Below are positions 33,601-46,292 of a stretch of 64,000 nt of DNA, in pieces. Positions within the stretch are counted from its first letter, which is position 1. Every line of letters begins with the position of its first letter. The position numbers and the translations under genes are program-made. A model generated the notes under the pieces. That model was given only the letters and a program-made list of their open reading frames with translations, did not search any database and had not been told where the DNA came from. The stretch lies in assembly GCA_002269645.1 (NCBI GenBank), contig NIVC01001389.1:234318-298317 (forward strand), in the 5' to 3' direction. The stretch is from Macrostomum lignano (lineage: Eukaryota).

Positions 33601-35487
33601 TAATCTAACTGATAAGCAATGGGTCTCACAATAATCTCACTGATAAGCAATGGGTCTCACAATAATCTCACTGATAAGCAATGGGTCTCACAATAATCTA
33701 ACTGATAGGCAATGGGTCTCACAATAATCTCACTGATAAGCAATGGGTCTCACAATAATCTCACTGATAAGCAATGGGTCTCACAATAATCTCACTGATA
33801 AGCAATGGGTCTCACAATAATCTCACTGATAAGCAATGGGTCTCACAATAATCTCACTGATAAGCAATGGGTCTCACAATAATCTCACTGATAAGCAATT
33901 GGTCTCACAATAATCTCACTGATAAGCAATGGGTCTCACAATAATCTCACTGATAAGCAATGGGTCTCACAATAATCTCACTGATAAGCAATGGGTCTCA
34001 CAATAATCTCACTGATAAGCAATGGGTCTCACAATAATCTCACTGATAAGCAATGGGTCTCACAATAATCTCACTGATAAGCAATGGGTCTCACAATAAT
34101 CTCACTGATAAGCAATTGGTCTCACAATAATCTCACTGATAAGCAATGGGTCTCACAATAATCTCACTGATAATCCCCAAAAACCCGCAGGCGCCAGGCC
34201 CGCAGAGAACGGCCACCACCAGACCAACGGAGTGGCCTGCGATGCGGCCGTCATGTCCGGTGAGAAATCGAGATGGGAGGCTGGAAGATGAAGGGAGGAT
34301 CGTGCGGTGGAAAGGATGGTGTGAGAGGGAGTTGTTTGAGCGGGGAGAGTGGTGTGAGAGGGGAGAGTGGTGTGAATGGGGAGAGTGGTGTGAGAGGGGA
34401 GAGTGGTGTGAGAGGGGAGAGTGGTGTGAGAGAGGAGAGTGGTGTGAGGGAGAGTGGTGTGAGGGAGAGTGGTGTGAGAGAGGAGAGTGGTGTGAGGGAG
34501 AGTGGTGTGAGGGAGAGTGGTGTGAGAGGGGAGAGTGGTGTGAGGGAGAGCGGTGTGAGAGGGGAGAGTGGTGTGAGGGAGAGTGGTGTGAGAGGGGAGA
34601 GTGGTGTGAGGGAGAGCGGTGTGAGAGGGGAGAGTGGTGTGAGGGAGAGTGGTGTGAGGGAGAGTGGTGTGAGGGAGAGTGGTGTGAGGGAGAGTGGTGT
34701 GAGAGGGGAGAGTGGTGTGAGAGGGAGTGGTGTGAGAGGGGAGAGTGGTGGGAGAAGGGAGAGTGGTGTGAGAGGGAGTTGTTTGAACGGGGAGAGTGGT
34801 GTGAGAGGGGAGAGTGGTGTGAGGGAGAGCGGTGTGAGAGGGAGTTGTTTGAACGGGGAGAGTGGTGTGAGGGAGAGTGGTGTGAGAGGGGAGAGTGGTG
34901 TGAGAGGGGAGAATGGTGTGAGAGGGAGTGGTGTGAGAGGGGAGAGTTATGTGAGGGAGAGTGGTGTGAGAGGGAGTGGTGTGAGGGAGAGTGGTGTGAG
35001 AGGGGAGAGTGGTGTGAGGGAGAGTGGTGTGAGAGGGAAGAGTGGTGTGAGAGGGGAGAGTGGTGTGAGAGGGAGTGGTGTGAGAGGGGAGAGTGGTGTG
35101 AGGGAAAGTGGTGTGAGAGGGGAGAGTGGTGTGAGGGGAGAGTGGTGTGAGAGGGGAGAGTGGTGTGAATGGGGAGAGTAGTGTGAGAGGGGAGAGTAGT
35201 GTGAATGGGGAGAGTGGTGTGAGAGGGGAGAGTGGTGTGAATGGGAAGAGTGGTGTGAGAGGGGAGAGTGGTGTGAATGGGAAGAGTGGTGTGAGAGGGA
35301 GTGCTGTGAGAGGGAGAGTAGTGTGAGGGAGGGTGGTGTGAGAGGGAGAGTAGTGTGAGGGAGGTTGGTGTGAGAGGGAGAGTAGTGTGAGAGGGGAGAG
35401 TGGTGTCAGGGGAGAGTGCTATGAGAAGTGTCTATGGCCAATCCTCGCCCCTCTGCAGCCAGAAGCAACCCGATCACCGGGATGTGA
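24665..35487 (+). CDS. Uncharacterised repeat protein, about 491 aa, with about 13 [ND]P[ILV]xG repeats (resembles the NPVTG motif of the microtubule-associated protein Jupiter); 15 exons: 24665-24716, 25795-25896, 25987-26091, 26940-27029, 27695-27787, 28964-29068, 29184-29258, 29569-29664, 29795-29893, 30622-30801, 32009-32107, 32963-33058, 33340-33525, 34191-34259, 35459-35487
   Basis: GCCGCCATG start. All introns are GT-AG and phase 1, all 13 internal exons are multiples of 3, and the spliced 1476 nt has no internal stop. GC3-rich codons. AATAAA at about 35767 and 36337. The first three exons are less certain than the repeat exons. Confidence 0.8.
24790..25365. repeat. 15-bp minisatellite GATAGATGTGGGGTA
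   Basis: Direct reading; intron 1 of the repeat-protein gene. Confidence 0.96.
25390..25774. repeat. 12-bp minisatellite GTTCAGGCAGCA
   Basis: Direct reading. Confidence 0.97.
26135..26920. repeat. 20-bp minisatellite GGTGAGAGTCATGCAGAGCC
   Basis: Direct reading. Confidence 0.96.
27290..27645. repeat. 11-bp minisatellite GGGAGAATGCA
   Basis: Direct reading. Confidence 0.96.
28425..28912. repeat. About 49-bp minisatellite CAGTGTAACGCCTCCCCCACAGTAGCTCCCACCCCAGCCATAAACACCC
   Basis: Direct reading. Confidence 0.95.
30045..30590. repeat. 27-bp minisatellite CCTAATCTCATTACCTGTCTTCTCATG
   Basis: Direct reading. Confidence 0.97.
30810..31930. repeat. 21-bp minisatellite GGATCTGAGCATCAAAATGGG
   Basis: Direct reading; starts within about 10 nt of the donor at 30802. 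Confidence 0.97.
32470..32640. repeat. 17-bp minisatellite TTCTAAGAAACCGTCTT
   Basis: Direct reading. Confidence 0.93.
33545..34172. repeat. 31-bp minisatellite CACTGATAAGCAATGGGTCTCACAATAATCT
   Basis: Direct reading; fills almost the whole intron 33526-34190. Confidence 0.97.
34310..35420. repeat. GA/GT-rich 15-18 bp minisatellite (GGGGAGAGTGGTGTGAGA)
   Basis: Direct reading. Confidence 0.95.
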
Positions 35488-36519
35488 GCGACAGACCACC
35501 GCTACAAGCTGCTCCTCAAAAATTCCCTGGCCCTGAGCCTTGGAGACGTGCGGTTGCTACTGCTGCATCAAGTCCTTGCTGAACCCTGAGCCACTGAACC
35601 AGACCTGAATTCCCCCAGCCCTCCTTCCTCTCTTTCTGATCCTCTCTCCGTTTGGTCATATTTTATTGTCATTAATGAACTCCGTGTCTGTTTACCCTTT
35701 TGTTTACACGCGTTCTGCACTCGGTCTCCCTGCTGTGCACTTTAGTGTAAAAGTACATATCAACCGATAATAAAAGTACAGCCCACTAAAGGTGCTTCAC
35801 TGCCAGCCAATCAAATCAGCTGCTCCCGTATTTCCTATTCGGTGACTTGCTTCAGTTTTGTTGTACTTTTATCCAGCCGCCGCACTTTTACTTGTTGAAC
35901 CGCCCCCAGCAGTGCTTTGCTTTCTCTTGCTTTTTGTTTGCTTTTTGGAAGGAATTTTTCCTTGCCTTGCTGCCTCTCCGTTCCTCGGTTTGGTTGAAGA
36001 CAAAATTTTCGCTCATTGATTTTCGTAAAGTTTTTATTGCGGTGGATAATTAGGGATTTGAAGTGAGAAAGCTGCTCACCTGCCTCTGTTAACCAAGGAT
36101 TTCCCTGCAACTATTTACTCTTGATTTTAACATTTTAAAATTTTAACATCAAATTTAATGAAATTTACATTGCTTTTTTCTCCAACCTACTTTATATAGT
36201 ACTCGCAGTAGTGTATTAAATATTATAGAATGCAATTTTTTGGCGCTGTTTTAAATTTAACTAATAGTGAATTCTATTTAGACCTTCTGCTGTGCCAGCA
36301 TGTTTATTAATATCCAATAACCCTGCTTTCAGTCCCAATAAAAATAAAACACAGAGAAATGCTTCTTTCAGCTGTAAGAACTTCTGGCCCGCGTGTCTCA
36401 GACTTTGTTAGCATAGAAATATTGCGGCAAAGTCTGATGCTGAGGGCATCTCAATGGGATTGGAGAGACATTTACTAACAGATATTTGACAGAAATTTGA
36501 TTGAAATTCGAGAGACTCT

Positions 36520-36820
36520 CACACCCTGTCACATCCTGTCACACCCTGTCTCAGCCTGTCACACCCTGTCTCAGCCTGTCACACCCTCTCACATCCTGGC
36601 ACACCCTGTCTCAGCCTGTCACAACCGTCTTAGCATGTCACAACCTGTTTCAGCCTGTCACACCCTGTAACACCCTGTCACACCCTGTCACACCCTGTCA
36701 CACCCTGTCACATCCTGTCCCACCCAGTCTCAGCCTGTCACCCTGGCTCAGCCTCTCACACTGTCACACCCTGTCACACCCTGTCACACCCTGTCACACC
36801 CTGTCACACCCTGTCACACT
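36520..36820. repeat. 10-bp repeat TGTCACACCC
   Basis: Direct reading; a shorter degenerate copy lies at about 33180-33310. Confidence 0.92.
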
Positions 36821-37139
36821 ACAAACAGAAGGCATCAGCTACAGTTGGCAAGAGATGCTGGGCAGCCGAGTCAGAAGCCGCTCCACCTGCCAGCCACTGC
36901 CAACGCAAGTTTCTCACCGAGCCGTTCGGCAACCAGAAGTACCGAAATCTCTTGTTTTACAGCACTGTGCATTGGCTTCAGAATAACAAATTTATTTGTA
37001 ACAAACGGCTGTCACTCAACAGTGTTCTGTGTACTGTTTTTTTATTAATACTTTTCTGTGAATGCTGATTGAGACTGCTCTGCGCCCTCACACATGTCTC
37101 TCCTCACCTCTTGCTGTTTCTCCTCCCTTCATCTCCCCA

Positions 37140-37960
37140 TTCATCTCAATCTCTCTCCCTCTCTCCTTCCCTTTCTCCCTCCTCTTCCTCTATCTCTTCC
37201 GCGCTCTCTCCCTCTCTCCCTCTCTCCCTCTCTCCCTCTCTCCCTCTCCCTCTCTCCCTCTCTCCCTCTCTCCCTCTCTCCCTCTCTCCCTGCATCTCCC
37301 CCTGTATCTCTCCCTCTCTCCCTCTCTCCCTCTCTCCCTCTCTCCCTCTCTCCCTCTCTCCCTGCATCTCCCCCTGTATCTCTCCCTCCATCTCTCCCTG
37401 CATCTCTCCCTCCATCTCTCCCTCCATCTCTCCCTACATCTCTTCCTCCATCTCTCCCTCCATCTCTCCCTGCATCTCTTCTCCATCTCTCCCTGCATCT
37501 CTCCCTGCATCTCTCCCTCCATCTCTCCCTCCATCTCTCCCTGCATCTCTCCCTGCATCTCTCCCTCCATCTCTCCCTGCATCTCTCCCTCCATCTCTCC
37601 CTGCATCTCTCCCTGCATCTCTCCCTGCATCTCTCCCTGCATCTCTCCCTCCATCTCTCCCTCCATCTCTCCCTCCATCTCTCCCTGCATCTCTCTCTCC
37701 ATCTCTCCCTCCATCTCTCCCTCCATCTCTCCCTGCATCTCTCCCTGTATCTCTCCCTCCATCTCTCCCTCCATCTCTCCCTCCATCTCTCCCTGCATCT
37801 CTCCCTGTATCTCTCCCTCCATCTCTCCCTCCATCTCTCCCTCCATCTCTCCCTCCATCTCTCCCTGCATCTCTCCCTGTATCTCTCCCTCCATCTCTCC
37901 CTCCATCTTTCCCTCCATCTCTCCCACCATCTCTCCATCTCTCCCTGCATCTCTCCTTCC
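37140..37960. repeat. Polypyrimidine repeat (CTCTCC)n grading into 12-bp CATCTCTCCCT(C/G)
   Basis: Direct reading. Confidence 0.96.
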
Positions 37961-38444
37961 GAGAAGTATGAGAATAAGGGGGTTGGAAAATGAGGCAGTT
38001 CCAGCCTCGAGCAGCTCACAGGAAGCTGGGAAACTCACAGTTTGCATTTTTGCAACGCAGAATTTTTCGCACACTTTGAACTTCGCGTTGGCAACTGCAT
38101 TGAAGCTGTTTATTATTTTTACAAGATTATAATTTCATTTGAAACGGGACACCCAGCTCTAGCGATGTCAGATGGCTACAGCCGCCTAAAAACCTGAGAG
38201 GGGGACCGGCAGGCACCCCAGTTGAAAAAACTGACTGCAAAAGTTGCTACAATTTGCAGAGAGAATTTCACTTCGAAAAATTATTTGCAAGTTTGCGTTT
38301 CTGGATTCCACAGGTTTCTCAGGCGCGCCTCGCGTTATTAATCTTAAAGATTCTCCGATTTCAACACCAGGCTTAAGCTGGAAAATGCTGCACGGGTCAG
38401 TACAGCTTTGGTTTTTCCCAAGCAGCAGCAGCAGATAACGGCAC

Positions 38445-40412
38445 TCAGGCCCCTGCACTCAGCCACTGATAGCGGCACTCAGACCCCTGCACTCAGCCCC
38501 TGATAGCGGCACTCAGACCCCTGCACTCAGCCACTGATAGCCCCACTCAGACCCCTGCACTCAGCCACTGATAGCGGCACTCAGACCCCTGCACTCAGCC
38601 ACTGATAGCGCCACTCAGACCCCTGCAATCAGCCACTGATAGCGGCACTCAGACCCCTGCAATCAGCCACTGATAGCGCCACTCAGACCCCTGCAATCAG
38701 CCACTGATAGCGGCACTCAGACCCCTGCACTCAGCCACTGATAGCGGCACTCAGACCCCTGCAATCAGCCACTGATAGCGCCACTCAGACCCCTGCAATC
38801 AGCCACTGATAGCGCCACTCAGACCCCTGCAATCCTGATGCAGCCACTGATAGCGCCACTTAGACCCCTGCACTCCTGCTGCAGCCACTGATAGCGGCAC
38901 TCAGACCCCTGCAATCAGCCACTGATAGCGGCACTCAGACCCCTGCACTCAGCCACTGATAGCGGCACTCAGACCCCTGCACTCCTGCTGCAGCCACTGA
39001 TAGCGGCACTCAGACCCCTGCACTCAGCCACTGATAGCGGCACTCAGACCCCTGCAATCCTGATGCAGCCACTGATAGCGCCACTTAGACCCCTGCACTC
39101 CTGCTGCAGCCACTGATAGCGGCACTCAGACCCCTGCACTCAGCCACTGATAGCGGCACTCAGGCCCCTGCAATCCTGCTGCAGCCACTGATAGCGGCAC
39201 TCAGACCCCTGCACTCAGCCACTGATAGCGGCACTCAGGCCCCTGCAATCCTGCTGCAGCCACTGATAGCGGCACTCAGACCCCTGCACTCAGCCACTGA
39301 TAGCGGCACTCAGACCCCTGCACTCAGCCACTGATAGCGGCACTCAGGCCCTGCACTCAGCCACTGATAGCGGCACTCAGACCCCTGCAATCCTGATGCA
39401 GCCACTGATAGCGCCACTTAGACCCCTGCACTCCTGCTGCAGCCACTGATAGCGGCACTCAGACCCCTGCACTCAGCCACTGATAGCGGCACTCAGGCCC
39501 CTGCAATCCTGCTGCAGCCACTGATAGCGGCACTCAGACCCCTGCACTCAGCCACTGATAGCGGCACTCAGGCCCCTGCAATCCTGCTGCAGCCACTGAT
39601 AGCGGCACTCAGACCCCTGCACTCAGCCACTGATAGCGGCACTCAGACCCCTGCACTCAGCCACTGATAGCGGCACTCAGGCCCTGCACTCAGCCACTGA
39701 TAGCGGCACTCAGGCCCCTGCAATCCTGCTGCAGCCACTGATAGCGGCACTCAGACCCCTGCAATCAGCCACTGATAGCGGCACTCAGGCCCCTGCAATC
39801 AGCCACTGATAGCCACACTCAGACCCCTGCACTCAGCCACTGATAGCGGCACTCAGACCCCTGCAATCAGCCACTGATAGCCCCACTCAGACCCCTGCAC
39901 TCAGCCACTGATAGCGGCACTCAGACCCCTGCAATCAGCCACTGATAGCGCCACTCAGACCCCTGCAATCAGCCACTGATAGCGGCACTCAGACCCCTGC
40001 ACTCAGCCACTGATAGCGTCACTCAGACCCCTGCACTCAGCCACTGATAGCCCCACTCAGACCCCTGCACTCAGCCACTGATAGCGGCACTCAGACCCCT
40101 GCACTCAGCCACTGATAGCGCCACTCAGACCCCTGCAATCAGCCACTGATAGCGGCACTCAGACCCCTGCAATCAGCCACTGATAGCGCCACTCAGACCC
40201 CTGCAATCAGCCACTGATAGCGGCACTCAGACCCCTGCACTCAGCCACTGATAGCGGCACTCAGACCCCTGCAATCAGCCACTGATAGCGCCACTCAGAC
40301 CCCTGCAATCAGCCACTGATAGCGCCACTCAGACCCCTGCAATCAGCCACTGATAGCGGCAATCAGGCCCCTGCAATCAGCCACCGATAGCGCCACTCAG
40401 ACCCCTGCAATC
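38445..40412. repeat. 34-bp minisatellite CAGCCACTGATAGCGGCACTCAGACCCCTGCACT with 41-bp variants
   Basis: Direct reading. Confidence 0.97.
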
Positions 40413-41264
40413 TCACACTAGATTTTCACACTACCAAGGCACCACAATGGTTTGAGCACTGCAGCTCTGGCTACTCACCAGTAGGCAGTCAGCAAGCAGT
40501 CGCGAGTTTCAGCACCCGGGTCAGTCCGGGCCCCTAAAGGGATGGGAGGTGTGACTTACCCCAGTTTGGGAAAACTCAATAACACGGCAATCTCAGTCAG
40601 CAGCCCGCAGCGCTGCCCAGCGGCTGAGTCAAGTTGCTAAACAAACTCTGAGAAGGGCCGAGAGAGGCGCCCAGGCCTGGATTGCATAATTTCATCGTCG
40701 CAATTATTCGCTGTAATTAAATTTTCAATGCAATTAATCCTGGCCGGAGTGGCCGGTTATGCTCGGACACGGCTGCTGCTGCTGGGGGGGGGGGATGCCC
40801 GCAGGGGGGAGGAGTCGGTGGCAGGTTGCGGGGCGTACAGCGAGTGAGAAAAATAATTGCTTTGTAATGCTATTAGCGGCCATGGCCGCCGCGACAAAAA
40901 AGGGGGCGGGAGACTTCGAAGTTGGGGGGGGGGGCTCTATCCCTTCCTTCTCCTGCCCGAGTAGGCGCTTAAAAAATTTTAATCCAACCCACCTGGACAG
41001 TCGGCAGGGCTTCAATCGAGGCTGCTCACCCCCCACCGAATGCAAATGAGTCACCTTGCCGCTCCGGCTCGGGACTTGAAATTCAGTTAGACTCGAAACT
41101 TCGAACTCGGTGGAGAACAAAAAATTGATAGAATTTTCATGGCTCAACTGATTGGGGGGGGGCGCTAACCAGCCTCCAGCCCTTCATCAAATCCTGCTCA
41201 TGCCTCACTCATCTCGGCCATTCGGCTCTAAGAATTATTCTACAGCATTCGAGTTCGATCTGCA

Positions 41265-41640
41265 TCTGCTCATCTGCTCATCTGCTCATCTGCTCATCTA
41301 CTCATCTGCTCATCTACTCATCTACTCATCTGCTCATCTGCTCATTTGCTCATCTGTTCATCTGCTCATCTACCTATCTGCTTATCTGCTCATCTACTCA
41401 TCTGCTCATCTACCTATCTGCTCATCTGCACATCTACTCATCTGCTCATCTGCTCATTTGCTCATCTGCACATCTACTCATCTGTTCATCTACTCATCTG
41501 CTCATCTCTTCATCTGCTCATCTGCACATCTACTCATCTGTTCATCTACTCATCTGCTCATCTCTTCATCTGCTCATCTCTTCATCTGCTCATCTGCACA
41601 TCTACTCATCTGTTCATCTGCTCATCTGCTCATCTGCTCA
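41265..41640. repeat. 8-bp repeat TCATCTGC
   Basis: Direct reading. Confidence 0.95.
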
Positions 41641-43249
41641 TTTATTCCTCTGCTCATAAACTCACCTACTAACCTAACAGTTAATAAATCGAAAAGTCCA
41701 CCCAACTAGCAACTCAAGCGGTTCCCGCTTATGTCAGCAGTTTTCTGAGGCCCCGAGGCGCCAGTCTGATTGATACATGTAATTCATTCGCAAAGCCAGC
41801 GGGAGAGAGAAATGGAAAACTGGAAAAGCAATAAGAAAATTCACACACAGCCAAATTCACTTCAATGTTTAACAAGAGGCAGCATTTATCAACTAAAAAA
41901 ATGGTAAAAACTGGACGAAGCGTCCGCAGCCCCGAGCGGGCCGGTCGCACTGCTTCTCAAGTCGATATCTGGGAATGATGAAGGGGGGTATCGCCAGCAT
42001 CCCAACAGGCTGCGGGGGGGGGGGTGCTGTGCCTGGCGACATGAAAAACTGTCAGCTGACTAAAATATTCAGACTTGGAAAGAAAAGCTTCACCAACTGG
42101 GGAGGCTGGGGAGGCCAAAAAGATGGATGAAGGATTCTGAGTAAAGAAAACTTGGGCTGCAATTTTTTACACAAACAGAATTTGCCCCAGAGTGAGGCAG
42201 AGTAAGGAAACAGCATCTGGTGAAATTTTTGTGTGTGAGTCGCTTTGTGAGCAGTTCTCTTTCTGGAGCTCTTTTTCTCCCTTCTTGTGACTCTGAATGC
42301 GCAGCAGCTCGGCCTCATCCGCGCCACCTTCTGCGCTGCTCGAGCTGCTCCGAGCTGACAGAGACGCCCCGGACTCGTCCGCGAGCTGCCGCAGCCCCCC
42401 CCCCCCCCAGGCGGTCAGCGCGGCCAAGGCGGAGTCGGTGCTGAGCCCCCCTCGACTCCCGAGCTCATTCCCGGGCAATTGGCTGCCCCCAAGCAACGTG
42501 CAACTCAGAGCTGTGCTCAGAAGCAAATTACTGCTTATCATCCCCTCCCCGCAACTGATGAGGCGGAGAAGACAAAAGAGGCTGCGCCCGCGGCGCTGCG
42601 AGTAGCCTAAATGAGATTTTCAGCTCCGCGCGCCCAGGCCGCGGCGCCATTTTTAACAAATCAATTTGCAGTTGTTTGACAACCCGCCCCCCCGCTGGGT
42701 GAAACTGAAAAAGCAATTTTTTTATCAGCCCGCCGCCTGCGCCTCGGCCGCTGCTTCAAACTTGATTTGATCAGCCCGCCGCCGGCCGAATCTTCGAACT
42801 TCGATTCCGTCAAGTGAAAAACCGAACTGAAAGAAGAAGTAGGAAAAACTCTTCTTCTGGGGGGAGTGAAATTGATTTTCTGTTTGACTGCCGCCACCTC
42901 CCCGGCCGACCCATCAGCCCGGCATCTCCGGCCGGCCCCCCCTTCCCAACCGGCAATGTAAATTTGTGTTTGCTCAAGCAGAGCTCTGATGAAAAATGGT
43001 AATTCTTTGGCCCGAGTTTCGGCTGCGGGAGCAGCCAACTCGCTTCAATGAACTCGGCCGGCCGGCCGGGGAGGTGTTTATTCGACGTAAAAATTCTGTT
43101 GAACAAACTTAGCGGCCTCTTCCAGTAATTTTGTTGAATCGGCTCTGCCCTTGATTTACGCCGGGCCTCCCCGATCCCCTCGCGAGGCAATTCTGCGAAT
43201 TCCCACCCGGGCTCCCCGCTGCTTCGGTTCAGAGTGAGCTGAGCCATCT

Positions 43250-43555
<306 letters not shown>

Positions 43556-44399
43556 TTCTGTCTATACTCACATATTCACAGGAATGTTTTGCCCAATGCC
43601 AGTCTCAAACTCCATATTGTGGTGAAAAGTCTCCCAGCTGAAACTGATCGCTGCGACCCAGGCTCACTTTGGAGTAGAAATTGAGATCGAATCCCAAGCA
43701 GTTGAGCAGTCCGCAAGGAAACACGCAAATCCCATTGAAATTGTCCCAGGATTCCAAGCGCATTTTCACTCCCAGCCTCGCAGCTCCCCAGCCCCAAACA
43801 AATTCTGAGAAGCTTTGCAACCCAAAATTTTGGTCTTCGACTTGAGCCCGGAATTTCGTGCGATGCAGCTGGAGGCGCGGAGGCTGGGAAGGGGAACTGC
43901 CTCATCTCTCTGGTGATTTAGTGGTGTTTAGAGTCGCAAGTTCGGTCCCTCGCACGCTCGTATTTCACGGGCCGGGGGCTCCTTAGTATTCATGGAAAAC
44001 TCGGCGTCGCGCCTCATCGAGCATTAAAAATGTGTCACTTGATAATCCTGAAATTCCTCAACTTATTGCAAAAATCGATGCATCATTTTTCCCTTGATTT
44101 TCCAAGGATTATCCCCGACTGAAACGAGCGCAGCCCGGCCGGGCTCTGTCGTGTTCAACCGGACTGGCGCCGTCAAATTTATGAAAAATATGCAAATTCG
44201 TCCGGACAACCGCGGCCGCCCCATCAATCCGAGTCCAGCTGCCGCTGCTGGCCGGCCATGCGAGAGATGAACACGAGGGGGGCGGGTCTGAGGGGCTTCC
44301 TTGCTGGGGCCTCTGAGCGGCCTCAGCGAGCCTAGGTTCGATCCCGCGGTTGGCCACCTTACTGGGGGGTCCTGCCGTGCGGTTCAGGCTCGTGCGGGC

Positions 44400-44712
44400 T
44401 CAGGGGTCAGGAGATGGGCCTGACAGCTCAGGGGTCAGGGGGATGGGCCTGACAGCTCAGGGGTCAGGGGGATGAGCCTGACAGCTCAGGGGTCAGGAGA
44501 TGGGCCTGACAGCTCAGGGATCAGGGGATGGGCCTGACAGCTCAGGGGTCAGGGGGATGGGCCTGACAGCTCAGGGGTCAGGGGGATGGACCTGACAGCT
44601 CAGGGGTCAGGGGGATGAGCCTGACAGCTCAGGGGTCAGGGGGATGGACCTGACAGCTCAGGGGTGAGGGGATGGGCCTGACAGCTCAGGGGTCAGGGGG
44701 GCGGGCCTGATG
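44400..44712. repeat. 29-bp minisatellite CAGCTCAGGGGTCAGGGGGATGGGCCTGA
   Basis: Direct reading. Confidence 0.95.
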
Positions 44713-45549
44713 GCTCTCTAAACTGGAGCTTCAAGATTAGCCCTACAAAGGTCCCGGGTTCGAATCCGAGGAGCATCGGTTCTAGCGCGACCGATAACAA
44801 AGCGGAGTCCCATGTGCACCCTGGCAGAGCTGCCGGGACCATGGAGCTTCGTCAGCTTCCAGAAGACGGCAGACAGAGCAGAGCCAGTCGGAGTCCGAAT
44901 AAGATAATAATTTTTCAGTCCCCAACGGCTGGCTAAAAAATTTCTTTCAAGAAACAATTTTCCGTCTCAGTTTCGCAGAAAATCAATGAAACTTCGGCCT
45001 GGAAGCCGCGCCGCCCGAACAGCTGATTAGAGCCGGCTCGCTCGGGATTTGCTTGAGGAGGCAGATTTTAATCTGACAAGCAGGCGGGCAAAAGAGGATT
45101 AGAGAGGCCAAACTTGCCAATGCCGGGGAGATTCTCCCCCAGTTCTCCCCCAGCCCCAGATCTCCCACTCAGCCTCTCGCGCGCTCCATCGGCCCCGCAG
45201 ACTCCGGGATAATTTCACCTCATTCGACCAAAAACGGGTCGATAAAACTACATTTGGCTGGGCCGTCTGAATTTCACATATATATTTATTAATCCCCTGC
45301 CCCGTGCGTGCGCCAAAATTTCAGCGCGGATAATCGGGGGGGTCGTGGGAGTCTCCGAGAGGGCAAGAATTTTAAAGATATTATTTATGCATAAGCATAG
45401 TGCTGTAGCAGCGCGAGCCCCCGGCTCTATAATGGAATGAGCAGCCAGCCTTGAAATTGACCCGGTTTCAATACGGGGGTGCGGTTGGAGACAAGACAAA
45501 TGGAGACTGCGCATGCGGTGGGGGGAGGGACTGTCTGACAGTTAGCGAG

Positions 45550-46035
45550 AGTGACAGGCATTCGGAGTGACAGGCATTCGGAGTGACAGGCATTCGGAGT
45601 GGCAGGCATTCGGAGTGACAGACATTCGGAGTGACAGGTATTCGGAGTGGCAGGCATTCGGAGTGACACGAATTCGGAGTGACAGGCATTCGGAGTGACA
45701 CGAATTCGGAGTGACAGGCATTCGGAGTGACAGGCATTCGGAGTGACAGACATTCGGAGTGACAGGTATTCGGAGTGGCAGGCATTCGGAGTGACACGAA
45801 TTCGGAGTGACAGGCATTCGGAGTGACACGAATTCGGAGTGACAGGCATTCGGAGTGACACGAATTCGGAGTGACAGGCATTCGGAGTGACAGGCATTCG
45901 GAGTGACAGGCATTCGGAGTGGCAGGTATTCGGAGTGGCAGGCATTCGGAGTGACAGACATTCGGAGTGGCAGGCATTCGGAGTGACAGGCATTCGGAGT
46001 GACAGACATTCGGAGTGACAGGTATTCGGAGTGAC
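45550..46035. repeat. 16-bp minisatellite GGCATTCGGAGTGACA
   Basis: Direct reading. Confidence 0.97.
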
Positions 46036-46069
46036 ATACAGCAAGTCGGGTTCGAGGGACAGCTATGCG

Positions 46070-46292
46070 GGTGTGACAGACAGCAAAGCAGGTGTGACAG
46101 AGCCCAAAGCAGGTGTGACAGACAGCAAAGCAGGTGTGACAGACAGCAAAGCAGGTGTGACAGACCCCAAAGCGGGTGTGACAGACAGCAAAGCAGGTGT
46201 GACAAACCCCAAAGCGGGTGTGACAGACCCCAAAGCGGGTGTGACAGACCCCAAAGCGGGTGTGACAGACCCCAAAGCGGGTGTGACAGACA
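46070..46292. repeat. 21-bp minisatellite GCAGGTGTGACAGACAGCAAA
   Basis: Direct reading. Confidence 0.95.

Noticed and set aside
44711-44770. GGTTCGAATCC B-box-like motif (also GGTTCGATCCC near 44337), suggesting a tRNA or SINE head
   Set aside because: The T-stem is mismatched, there is no cloverleaf or clear A-box, and no SINE body or tail is recognisable.
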